The notes under the pieces are model-generated. The model saw only the letters and a program-made list of their open reading frames with translations, ran no database searches and was not told where the DNA came from. From positions 128,001 through 192,000 of the forward strand of contig CAWHTE010000005.1 of NCBI GenBank assembly GCA_963832165.1: a stretch of DNA of 64,000 bases, read 5' to 3'. Source of the stretch: an uncultured delta proteobacterium. Lineage in GTDB: Bacteria; Myxococcota_A; UBA9160; SMWR01. Each line of letters begins with the position of its first letter. Within the stretch, counting starts at the first letter, position 1. Below, piece by piece: positions 39,214 through 49,016 of this stretch. The position numbers and the translations under genes are program-made.

Positions 39214-42146
39214 TCATAGCTCGCCGCCTTCGTGCGCGGGCTCGGCCGCAGGCTCCGGCGGCGGCGCCTGGTGCGCGGTGCCGCGCAGCGTGTCTTGCTG
39301 CGGATTCAGCCAATTCCCGGTATCGGGCGGCCGATCGCCCAGCACGAGCCGTTCGGCCGCATGTAGCCCCGGCTTGCACAGCTCGACCCCGCGCGGGTTC
39401 TTCCCGCAGCGCTCCCACACCGCGAGCAGTGCGCCGGGATTGAACGGCGCCACGTGCGCAGTACTGCCGCATGAAGAGCTGCGTCACCTCGAGTGCGATC
39501 GCGGGCTGGATGCGGCTCTTCTCGGGCGGCACCGAGGCCTGCTGCAGGAACCCGAGCCGGCGCACGAACACGGGAGCGCCCTGCCCCTTCATGTTCGCGA
39601 GCACGCTTTCGCACCGCCTCGGAGTCCGGATCCGCGCGAAACCACTCCGCCACGAGCGCTCCACAGCTGGGCAGCTGAAGGGAGCACGCCCGCATCGCGA
39701 CCGCCTCGCGGGTCTGCGCCGCGAGGTCTCCGTTGTGCTCGTTCAGATATCGCCGCAGCATCGAGTGTTGGGCGCCCACTTCGGCGGCCGCTCCGTAACC
39801 CGTGAAGGGCAGCGCGCCGCGCGCGCCCACGAAGAAATCGCGCCCGGCCTCGAGCGAGAGGCGCGGGTGGTAGAGCGAATGCACCGGCCCCTCGAGCTGT
39901 GCGGCGTTCGCGACGTCGACCGGCAGCGCCTCGTGCACGAACAGGCTCCCGGGATCGGCAATGCCCAGACGCGCGAGGCCCGCGCGGAAGTCCGGCCGAT
40001 TCATGCGCTGCTCGACGCGCGCGAGGTCGAGCGCCGAATCCGCGTCGCGGAAGCCGATCAGCATCAGATCGAGCTGGTTCACCGACCAGACCGAGACGTG
40101 GTCGAACACGGATGCGTAGGTCTTGAGGAGCATCTCGACCACTGCCGGGCTCGTCTCGTACAGGTGGAACCACTGGCAGTACACGCCCTGCGGTGTGAGC
40201 CGATCGCGCGCCTCGGTCAGGAACTCCTTGGAGTAGAGCATCTCGACGCCGGCAACCCAGGGATTACTCGGCTCCGAGACGATCACGTCGTATTGCCGGC
40301 CGCTGCGCACGAGTGCGCGGTACGCATCGCTGTGGACGAACTTCACCTTCGGGTTCTGTGATGCGTTCAGGTTGGCGAAGTCGAACAGCGGCGCCGCCTC
40401 GATCACGCCCGAGGAGATCTCGGCCACGGTGACGCTCTGCGTCTCGTCGAGCGCGGCGAGCTGGCCTGCGGTGATTCCAGTGCCGAAGCCGATCACGAAC
40501 GCGTGCTCGACGTGATCGGCAAACAGCGCCGGCACGAGCGCGAGCAATACCACCGTGTCGAGATCGCCCTTCGTGTTGCCGTCGGATTTTCCGTTGATGA
40601 TGATGCTGCGCGATTCGAGCTTCCCGAGCTTCCCGCTGGGCCGACCGTCCATCACCCCGACCGAGGTGTTGGGGTCGTCGTCGTGGAACGAGAACGCTTC
40701 GCGCCGCGAGTTCAACACCGAGGGGCCCGACAAGGTCCAGCTGGTCGGCTGGCGCTCGCGGAACGTCCCGGCCAGCAGGTGGGAGGGGCGCCAGGCCGGC
40801 AACGCGTAGATCGCCCCGAACGACGCGAGCAGCAGCGCCGCCGCGCCCGCGAAGCGGATGCGCGGAATCTGATGCAGCGTGACGATCACGGCGGCGAGCG
40901 CGAGCGCGCAGACCGCGATCCGGTAGACGTGGTGCAGGTCGAGCCAGGAGAGCAGCGCATAGCCGCCCAGCAGCGCGCCGAGCAGCGAGCCCGCCGTGTT
41001 CACGCTGTACAGCCGGCCCGCCTGCGACCCGAGATCGCCAACCTCGCGGCGCAGCGTGTGGAAGAGCAGCGGCAGCGTCGCGCCCGAGAGCAGCACCGCG
41101 GGCCCCAGCACGAGCAGGATCGTGCCGAACACGGCCAGGTAGAACGGGTAGAACGCCGCGGAAAAGTCGCGGAACAGCACGCGCAGCACGTGGCCGAAGT
41201 AGGGAGCCGTCTCGATCGCGAAATAGAGGACCGCGAACAGCAGCGCGAGACCCCAGAGCGTGGTCGCGAGCGCGTATCGGCCGATCGTCTTGCGATCGGA
41301 GACGGCGAAGCTCCCGCGCGCGATGCAGAGCACGAACACCGCCACCACCATCGTGAACGTGTACTCCGACGATCCGAACGCGAGTCCGCCGACCCGGATC
41401 ACGGTGGTCTGCAGGACCATCATCGCGAAGCCCACGAGCAGCGCGACCGTGCCGTAGATCGCGAACAGCTCGGGGCGCAGCGGCGCCGCCGCGTCCGGCT
41501 CGAGCGCGGCGAGCTCGCGGCGGCGCAGGCCCAGCAGTGCGAGCACCACGCCTACCGCGACGTTGGTCGCGCCCATCGCGCGCAGCACCCCGTCGAGGCC
41601 GAGCCACTCGATCAGCCAGAAACCCGTCGCGAGCGCGCCTGCGAACGCACCCGCGGTGTTGCAGCCGTAGATCCGCGCGTGAACGCGCGTCGCGTCGTCG
41701 AGGTCGCGCGCGAGCGCCTGGGTCAGGATCGGGATCGTCCCGCCCATCAGCGTGGCGGGCGGCACGATCAGCACGGCCGCGAGCACGACGTCGACCGCAA
41801 AGGCGAACGCACCGGATCCGGTCGGCAGCGCGACCGACGCACCTCGCACGAGCGCGAACAGCCACGGAAACGCGATACACCAGACCCCGATTCCGGCCTC
41901 GACCGCGCCGTACACCACCAGGAGCGGCGCAGGCCGCCCTCGATCGCGCTGCATGAGCCGGCGCGTCACCGCGCCGAACAGCCAGTACCCGAGCGAGAGC
42001 CCACCCAGAAACAGCCCGAGCACGGCCGCGGTGGCCTCGCTGTGTGCGCCGAGCAGGATCGCGAGGTACTTCTGCCAGGTGACCTCGTAGGCGAGACCCG
42101 TGAAGCCCGAGACGACGGTCAACGCGAGGACGGCGGATCGCAACAT
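39214..42146 (-). CDS. Fused MFS-like / spermidine-synthase-like protein (subtype A), paralog of 14992-17922; C-terminal frameshifts at ~39600 and ~39455
   Basis: GFTGLAYEVTWQKYL, NGKSDG, VIGFGTG, DVIVSEPSNPW. The C-terminal APFNPGALLAVWERC matches the paralog. Confidence 0.88.
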
Positions 42147-42207
42147 CGCGCAGCAGTATCACGCAGCCCTCGCGCAAAAACCCGGACGCGCGCGCGGGTC
42201 GCGAGCG

Positions 42208-43092
42208 CTAGCGCGGGTCGCCGGCTCCGAGCGCAGCGAGCAGCTGACAATAGAGGTTGCGCGGATCCGGCACGGCGCGGTAGGTGCCGCCGGTCGCCCC
42301 CGCGATCTGCGCGAGCGCGTGTCCGCCAGAACCGGCCTGGGCCGCATCGCCGATTCCGAACGAGTGGAACGAGATGCCCTTGGCGATCGCACGCTCGGCC
42401 TCGACCTCCATGCGCCAGTCGTCGCGCGCGATGCGTTCCATGGGTGCGAAGCGCACCGGCGTCGGGGTGTCGGCCAGGAACAGCACGCGCCGGCGCCGCG
42501 CGCCGGCCGGGTCGTCGCCCGTGAGGCTGCGCACGGCAAGGCGCATGGCGGGCGCGAAGCTCGACGCGCCGTCGCTGCCGCGGCTTCCGACCCGCGCGAC
42601 CGCCGCCTCGAGTGCGCCGAGATCGTCCGTGAGCGCGCTCTCGAGTCGCGCGTCGCGCCGGTCGACGCGCTGGGTGACGGAGTCCTCGAGCGGGTAGTCC
42701 TTGCGGCCCGAGTACGAGACGATCGCGAAGCGCATGCCGCCGAGCCGCGCGACGTCGATCAGCCGCTGTACCGCGGCGAGCTCGGCCGCGAGCATCGAAT
42801 CGCCGCGGTCGGTGTACTCGCTGCGCTGGAACTCGCCGATCGTTCCGTCGCCATCGATGTCGAGCCCCGTCGGATTGAGCGTCGAACGCGAGCGATCGAT
42901 CGCAATCACCACGTCCGCGGCGAGGATCTCGATCGGACCCGGCCCTTCCGCGCAGCGCTCCGGGGCCGGGGCGTACGGATCGGCCGCGTAGCTCGCCGAG
43001 GTCGAGGCGCCTGCGCCCCGGGTCAGCGCGAGTCCGAGCCCCGCTACGAGAACTCCGATCGCCACTCTGCGATCGCCGACACCGTGCCGCAT
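42208..43092 (-). CDS. Secreted von Willebrand factor A domain protein
   Basis: Signal peptide. MIDAS motif DVVIAIDRSRST followed by DIDGDG. Also VLFLAD and LAQIAGATGGTY. Confidence 0.8.
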   Translation of the reverse strand: MRHGVGDRRVAIGVLVAGLGLALTRGAGASTSASYAADPYAPAPERCAEGPGPIEILAADVVIAIDRSRSTLNPTGLDIDGDGTIGEFQRSEYTDRGDSMLAAELAAVQRLIDVARLGGMRFAIVSYSGRKDYPLEDSVTQRVDRRDARLESALTDDLGALEAAVARVGSRGSDGASSFAPAMRLAVRSLTGDDPAGARRRRVLFLADTPTPVRFAPMERIARDDWRMEVEAERAIAKGISFHSFGIGDAAQAGSGGHALAQIAGATGGTYRAVPDPRNLYCQLLAALGAGDPR

Positions 43093-43206
43093 CACGGGTG
43101 CCTCCAGCGCGCGCCCCGAGCTTACCGCTGCCGTCAAGGACCGCCCGGGGCCGCGGGGTCGGGCCGCGCGACCTCGGCGGTGAGGTTAAGCTCGGGCCCG
43201 CCGACC

Positions 43207-46176
43207 ATGACCTTCGCGCTCCTGCTCGCGTGCTTCTTCCTCTCCGGGTTCTCTGCGCTGCTCTACGAGACGGCGTGGACGCGCGAGTTTGCGTTCGTGT
43301 TCGGGACCTCCGAGCTCGCCGTCGTGGCCGTGCTCGCGGCCTACATGGGCGGCCTCGCGCTCGGAGCCGCGATCGCCGCGCGCGTCGCACCCCGGATCCG
43401 CCGGCCCGTCCTCGCGTATGGGCTGCTCGAGCTCGGCATCGCGCTGTGGGCGCTCGCGCTGCCCGCGGCGATCCGCGCCGTGAGCGCGCTCTATCTCGGC
43501 TGGCTCGGTGGCCTCGACGCGCTTCCCGAGACGCTCGGCATCGCCACCCATGCGTTTCACCTGCTCGGGGCGTTCGCCGTGCTCGTGCCGTGTACGGCGC
43601 TCATGGGCGCCACGCTGCCGCTGCTCGCGGCGCACGCGGTCACGCGCGACGAAGAGATCGGGCCGCGCGTGGGTCTGCTCTACGCCGCCAACACGACCGG
43701 CGCGATCGCGGGAACCGTGGTCGCGGCGTTCGTGTTGCTGCCCGCGCTCGGGCTGCGCGACACCGTGTACTTCGGCGCTGCGGTCAACGCGCTCGTGTTC
43801 GCCGCGGCGGCCGCACTCGCGCGGCGCGCGCCGACGACGGCCACAGCGCACGCTCCGCGCGCGAGCGGCGTGCCGTGGATCCTGCCCGCGATCGCCGTCT
43901 CGGGTGCCGTCTCGTTCGGCTACGAGGTGCTGTGGTTCCGCCTGCTCGGACAGGTGATCGGCGGCAGCACGGCCGCGTTCTCGACCATGCTCGCGAGCTT
44001 TCTCGCGGGCATCGCGCTCGGCAGCGCGCTCGCCTCGCGCTGGGCGAAGACGCCCGCAGCGGCGGCCATCGGCTTCGGCGCCGCGCAGCTCGCGAGCGGC
44101 ACCGCCGCATGGCTCGCGTTCTGCGCGGCCGATCGGCTGCGCGACTGGGCCAGCGCGCTCGGGGTGTCGGTGAACGCGCTGGCGCCCGGAGCGCTGCTCT
44201 CGATGGCGGTGCTCCTGCCGCTCACGCTCTGCGTCGGCGCGACGTTCCCGTTCGCGGTGCGGCTGCTCGCGCGCGATGCGAGCGACGCGTCGGCAGCGAC
44301 CGCGCGCGTCTACGCGTGGAATACGCTGGGCTCGATCGCAGGGGCGATCGGCACCGGGTACTTCCTGTTGCCGTGGATCGGTTTCGTGGGAACGGTCGTG
44401 ACGGGCGCTCTGCTCAACTGCGCGCTCGCGCTCGTCTCGGGCCTGCTGGGGCAGCCCGCGCGCCGCGCGCTCGCCGCTGCAGCCGCCGCGGCGGCACTGT
44501 TCCTGTTGGTGTTTCCCACGCCGGCACCCGACCGGTTGCTGCACGCCTCTCCGCTCGGCGGCGCGTACGACGGCGCCTTCGTCCATTTCGCGGTCGGCCG
44601 CTCGTCGACCGTGGCGCTGATCGAGCAGAGCGGAGGCTGGCGGCTCACCAACAACGGCTTGCCCGAATCGTTCATCCGACCGATCGGCTTCCCGCCCGAG
44701 CCCACCGCGGCGCATTGGCTCTCGGTGCTGCCGGTCCTGCTCCGCCCCGACACCGCGCACATGGTGATCATCGGGCTCGGCGCGGGGATGACGGTCGGGG
44801 CGGTGCCGAGCACGGTGAGCGAGATCGATGTGATCGAGCTCGAGCCGGAGGTGGTCGAGGCCAACGTCGCGGTGCGCGGCCGCGCAGACGGCGACCCGCT
44901 CGCCGACCCGCGCGTGTCGGTGCGGCTCGGCGATGCGCGCGGCGCGCTGATGCTTTCCGGTGGCCGGTTCGATGCGATCGTCTCCCAGCCGAGTCATCCC
45001 TGGACTTCGGGCGCCTCCCATCTCTACACGCGCGAGTTCTTCGAGCTGGTCCACTCCCGGCTCCAGCCCGCAGGTGTATTCGTGCAGTGGATCGGCGCCG
45101 CGTTCGCCGACCCGGACCGCCTGCGCGCGCTGCTCGCGGCGCAGCTCGAGGTGTTCGCGCACGTGCAGGTGTATCGACACTCGGCCGCGATCATCATGGT
45201 GGGGTCCGATGCACCGTTCGACATCGCGACGACCGCGGTGCAGGCGATCGCGCGCTCCCCGCGCGACTTCGCACGCGCGGGCATCCATCGCGCCGAGGAC
45301 GCGATCGCCGGGCTCGTGCTCGATGAGGCGGGAATCCGCGCATTCACGGACGGCGCAGCGCCGAACACCGACGATCGCAACCGGTTCGCGACCTCCGACC
45401 GCCCCACGCTCGGAAAGGACAGCGCCTGGATCAATCGCGAGCTCGCGGTCCACGATCCGCTTCCGGGCCTGCTAGGAACCATCGACGCCGAGAGCCTCTT
45501 GCAGCGCCTCTCGGAGGACGGCCGGACCGGGCGCGCGCGCCGGCTCGCGAGTCAGCTCGAACCCGGTCGCCGCGAGCTCGCGCTGGGGTGGCTCGCGTGG
45601 GACGCGGGGCACAAGGTCAGAGCACGAGCTCAGTTCGCCAAGGTCGCAGGCGATCATGCGCCCGAGAGCGCAGCGATCGGACTCGCGCTGACCGACCCGG
45701 AGGCCGATACCGCGCACCTGCCCGCTCGCGCGCGCGCGCTGATCGAAGCGCTGCGCAGCAAGGATCTGTCGGTCGCGCGCGCACGGGACGCACAGCTCGC
45801 CGAATGGCGGCCGGGAGACGCGCTCTACGGCGAGGCTGTGGAACAGCGAGTGCGCTGGCGGCTCGAGCTCGGTGAGCCCGCCGATCTCGAGGCCGCGATG
45901 GAGATCCTCGAGACGCTGCTCGAGCGCGTCTCGCTCCCGCGCCTGTACCTCTATCGCGCGGAGATCGCCGCGCGCCAGGGCAACCGCGACGTGGCGTGGC
46001 GCTCGCTCCAGGCGCTCGTGTCGCAGCCCGCGATGCGAGCCCCGCCCGCCGTGGCGGAGCGCGGGCTCGCGGTTGCGCGCGCGCTCGGTGATCCGCCGTC
46101 GCCCGACGTGGTGAGCGGGCTCGAGCAGCTGAAACGGGGGCGCGCCGCGAGCGGTGCCGGAGCACGGATCGAGTGA
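43207..46176 (+). CDS. Fused MFS-like / spermidine-synthase-like protein (subtype B), paralog of 24356-27442
   Basis: Start MTFALLLACFFLSG at 43207. IIGLGAG, IELEPEV, NGLPE, AIVSQPSHPW. Confidence 0.88.
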   Translation: MTFALLLACFFLSGFSALLYETAWTREFAFVFGTSELAVVAVLAAYMGGLALGAAIAARVAPRIRRPVLAYGLLELGIALWALALPAAIRAVSALYLGWLGGLDALPETLGIATHAFHLLGAFAVLVPCTALMGATLPLLAAHAVTRDEEIGPRVGLLYAANTTGAIAGTVVAAFVLLPALGLRDTVYFGAAVNALVFAAAAALARRAPTTATAHAPRASGVPWILPAIAVSGAVSFGYEVLWFRLLGQVIGGSTAAFSTMLASFLAGIALGSALASRWAKTPAAAAIGFGAAQLASGTAAWLAFCAADRLRDWASALGVSVNALAPGALLSMAVLLPLTLCVGATFPFAVRLLARDASDASAATARVYAWNTLGSIAGAIGTGYFLLPWIGFVGTVVTGALLNCALALVSGLLGQPARRALAAAAAAAALFLLVFPTPAPDRLLHASPLGGAYDGAFVHFAVGRSSTVALIEQSGGWRLTNNGLPESFIRPIGFPPEPTAAHWLSVLPVLLRPDTAHMVIIGLGAGMTVGAVPSTVSEIDVIELEPEVVEANVAVRGRADGDPLADPRVSVRLGDARGALMLSGGRFDAIVSQPSHPWTSGASHLYTREFFELVHSRLQPAGVFVQWIGAAFADPDRLRALLAAQLEVFAHVQVYRHSAAIIMVGSDAPFDIATTAVQAIARSPRDFARAGIHRAEDAIAGLVLDEAGIRAFTDGAAPNTDDRNRFATSDRPTLGKDSAWINRELAVHDPLPGLLGTIDAESLLQRLSEDGRTGRARRLASQLEPGRRELALGWLAWDAGHKVRARAQFAKVAGDHAPESAAIGLALTDPEADTAHLPARARALIEALRSKDLSVARARDAQLAEWRPGDALYGEAVEQRVRWRLELGEPADLEAAMEILETLLERVSLPRLYLYRAEIAARQGNRDVAWRSLQALVSQPAMRAPPAVAERGLAVARALGDPPSPDVVSGLEQLKRGRAASGAGARIE

Positions 46177-46193
46177 GCTAGCGTCCGAGGGCG

Positions 46194-47324
46194 ATGGCCC
46201 GCCGTCAGGAACAGGAGCCGGCCCGGCCGGAGATCAGCGAGCTGCCGGGCGGCGTGCTCCGGATGGAGCTGCCGATCCGGTTGCCCGGACTCGGCCACGT
46301 CAACTGCTATGCGATCCCCGACGATCGCGGCGCGGCGATCATCGACCCGGGCCTGCCGGGTCCGGGGACCTGGAAGGTGCTGCAGACCCGGCTCGCCCAG
46401 GCCGATCTGCGACCGCGCGACGTGCACACGGTGATCGTCACGCACTCGCACCCCGACCACTTCGGCGGCGCGGCGCGCTTCGCGCGCGAGACCGGCGCGC
46501 AGATCGTCGCGCATCGGCGCTTCTCATTCGGACCGTTCCCGACCTCCCAGGAGCCCGAGGTGTCGGTCGACGATCTCGCCGCGCATCACCGCCACGCGCA
46601 CGGCGCTCCCGGCGACGACGCCGAAGACGTGTTACCCGAAGCGCTCCAGACTGCGATCGACGACGCCCACGCGATCCTCGAGCGCGCGCGCAGCGCAGGC
46701 CGCACACCCTGGGGCGGCTCGCGGCCCCGACCGCCCTTCCTCACGCGCATGCGCTTCCGCGCGGCCCACTGGCTCGGCCGCTCGTTCCTTCCCGTGATCA
46801 CGCGCCCGGTCGAGCACGGCGACGTGCTCACGCTCGGCAGGCGCGAGTGGTTCGTGACGCACACGCCCGGTCACACGGGCGATCACATCTGCCTGCACGA
46901 TCCCGAGTCGGGCGTGCTGCTCTCGGGTGATCACGTGCTGCCCACGATCACGCCGCACATCGGCGGAATCAGCAGCTCGCCCGATCCGCTCGCATCGTTC
47001 TTCTACAGCCTCGACCGCGTCGCGGAGATCCAGGGCATCGCGCAGGTGCTGCCCGCGCACGGACATCCGTTCGACGACCTCGCCGCGCGCTGCCGCGCCA
47101 TCAAACGGCATCACGTGGAGCGGCTCGAGCGCGTGCGACAGATCTCGCGCGACTTCGGTGTGCCCGAAACCGTACAGGCGTTCTCGCGCGCGCTCTTCCA
47201 CCCGCGCAGCTGGGGGCCGATGGCCGAGAGCGAGACCTACGCGCATCTCGAGCACCTGCGCATGGCTGGAGGCGCCGAGCGGCGCCACGAGCGCGACGGC
47301 ACGCTGCTCTATGTCGCCGGATGA
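46194..47324 (+). CDS. MBL-fold metallo-hydrolase
   Basis: THSHPDHFGG, HTPGHT, SGDHVLP, LPAHG. Confidence 0.9.
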   Translation: MARRQEQEPARPEISELPGGVLRMELPIRLPGLGHVNCYAIPDDRGAAIIDPGLPGPGTWKVLQTRLAQADLRPRDVHTVIVTHSHPDHFGGAARFARETGAQIVAHRRFSFGPFPTSQEPEVSVDDLAAHHRHAHGAPGDDAEDVLPEALQTAIDDAHAILERARSAGRTPWGGSRPRPPFLTRMRFRAAHWLGRSFLPVITRPVEHGDVLTLGRREWFVTHTPGHTGDHICLHDPESGVLLSGDHVLPTITPHIGGISSSPDPLASFFYSLDRVAEIQGIAQVLPAHGHPFDDLAARCRAIKRHHVERLERVRQISRDFGVPETVQAFSRALFHPRSWGPMAESETYAHLEHLRMAGGAERRHERDGTLLYVAG

Positions 47325-47571
47325 TCGCGTGAAGAAGCTATCGATCGACTTCGAGTTCGCATCGCGCGCGTGGTGGGAGAACGGCGGCCAGGAGCTCTGG
47401 GACGCCGTCACCGAGGGCTTCGACGGCAGCGGCGTCGTCGTCGACGACGATCTCGCCGCTTCGTGGATCGAGCAAGCGCGCGCGATCCCGGGCTGGGACG
47501 ATGGACCCGAGTACGCACCGCACCCGGTTCGCGCGAATGCACTCGCAGACGACGATATCGATTCCGCCTGA
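47311..47571 (+). CDS. Small acidic hypothetical protein (86 aa)
   Basis: ATG overlaps the end of the MBL gene. Protein-like composition (MSPDDRVKKLSIDFEFASRAWWENGG...). Confidence 0.65.
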   Translation: MSPDDRVKKLSIDFEFASRAWWENGGQELWDAVTEGFDGSGVVVDDDLAASWIEQARAIPGWDDGPEYAPHPVRANALADDDIDSA

Positions 47572-47601
47572 TCGAGAATTGTTCGCGAATCGCTGCAATC
47601 C

Positions 47602-47617
47602 GGTGATTTCCGTCACA
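47602..47617. promoter_or_regulatory. CRP/FNR-family-like binding site
   Basis: GGTGA-tttccg-TCACA, 9/10 match to TGTGA-N6-TCACA, in an intergenic region. Confidence 0.5.
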
Positions 47618-47750
47618 AGTCGAGTGCGCAACTTCCCCTAGCCTGCGCGCTCCTTAGTTGATCCCTCTGCGCACCGACCTGGTCGAGTCGGTGCCATCCA
47701 TCCCTCGTATCGGCGACCTCCCCCGCGTTTGCCGTCTCAACGCTGGAGAA

Positions 47751-49013
47751 ATGCAAGTGACAAGATCACGGCCGCGCCGCGCCCGCGCGGCGGCCGCGCT
47801 CACCGCGATTGCGCTCGCGGGGGTCGCGAGCGGTGTAGCTGCAGCAACTCAGGTTCTCGTCGGTGTCGACCGCGTGCGCATGGCCTGGACGCCCGCGAGC
47901 GGCAGCCCCGTTGGCTACTGGGTGTGGCGCGGAGTGAACGGCGGCGCGCTAGCGACGTACTCCTACGTCACCCAGCCCACTGTCGAATTTCCCGTGACGC
48001 CGGGTCAGCAGATCCAGGTCCAGGTCGCGGCCGTCGGCGCCGACTCGGGCGGCGCCGCCGGTGCAGGACCGCGCTCCGTGTTATCCGATCTCGTATCGGT
48101 AGTACCCGCGCCCCGCTTCCCCGCCATCGGGTCGTGGCTGTTGCGCTGTACGACGTGTCCGGCGATCGCGAAGCGCTCGCTCGCCGACGCGTCGGTCGTG
48201 CTCGCGAACCGCCTCGCATTGCCGTCGCCCTGGCGCGTATTCGGACGCGCGTCACTGCTGGCCGGTAGAGACCATATCGTCTGGCATAACGCGACGACCG
48301 GACAGATGGCGGTCTGGGACGAGGCGACGTTCGCACCGATTCCGGGAGCCGTGGGTGTCGGCCCGACCGCCCTGCTTCCGGTCGGTGCCGTGGATTTCGA
48401 CGGCGACGGCGTCGAGCAGCTGCTGATGCAGCGCATGGACACCGGAATCGTCTCGGCGTGGGGCCTGACATCGAGCGGTTTCACGCGGATCATGGATCTC
48501 GCGGGTACGCCGAACGCGCTGCTGGCGGCGGCGCGCGATTTCGATCGCGACGGCCGGATCGATCTGCTCTGGTACGACGACGTGTTGGGGACGCTGGACG
48601 TGTGGCTGCTCAAGGGTGATCTGCTGGGCAGCCTGTCGCTCTCCAAGCTGCTGAACCGCGTCCTCCGGCTCGGTGGGACCTCGCCCGATGCGGAGCTCGC
48701 GTCGACGGGCGACTACAACGGCGATGGCCACATCGACGTGCTGCGGCGCTACCCGGATGGGAGGCTCATCGTCACCTACCTCGTCAACGGAGCGACGTCG
48801 GGCAGCATCACGCTGGCGGCCGCTGCGGGCGATGTCGACCAGCAGGTGATCGGATCGGTGAACATCGACGGCATTCCAGGCGACGAGATCGCGCTGCAGC
48901 ACCTCAAGACCATGGCGATCTCGCTCGCGTTTCCGCGCGTGCCGTCGCAGGCCACGCGCGTGATCGCGGTACACCCGGGCGGCGGTTGGAGGTTGGTCGC
49001 GATCGGGTCGTAG
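47751..49013 (+). CDS. Secreted FG-GAP/VCBS repeat protein with N-terminal FnIII-like domain
   Basis: Signal peptide. MAWTPASG..GYWV. Repeats DFDGDG, DFDRDGRIDLLW, GDYNGDGHIDVL. Confidence 0.75.
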   Translation: MQVTRSRPRRARAAAALTAIALAGVASGVAAATQVLVGVDRVRMAWTPASGSPVGYWVWRGVNGGALATYSYVTQPTVEFPVTPGQQIQVQVAAVGADSGGAAGAGPRSVLSDLVSVVPAPRFPAIGSWLLRCTTCPAIAKRSLADASVVLANRLALPSPWRVFGRASLLAGRDHIVWHNATTGQMAVWDEATFAPIPGAVGVGPTALLPVGAVDFDGDGVEQLLMQRMDTGIVSAWGLTSSGFTRIMDLAGTPNALLAAARDFDRDGRIDLLWYDDVLGTLDVWLLKGDLLGSLSLSKLLNRVLRLGGTSPDAELASTGDYNGDGHIDVLRRYPDGRLIVTYLVNGATSGSITLAAAAGDVDQQVIGSVNIDGIPGDEIALQHLKTMAISLAFPRVPSQATRVIAVHPGGGWRLVAIGS

Positions 49014-49016
49014 GGT

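Noticed and set aside
42100..43206. N-terminal extension of the 1358-aa SpeE-like ORF (apparent fusion)
   Set aside because: It is the antisense of the VWA gene. Paralog alignment places the start at 43207.
14992..46176. Calling the four fusions speE (true spermidine synthase)
   Set aside because: The catalytic DxxDP motif is replaced by SEPSNP or SQPSHP, so the function cannot be assigned.
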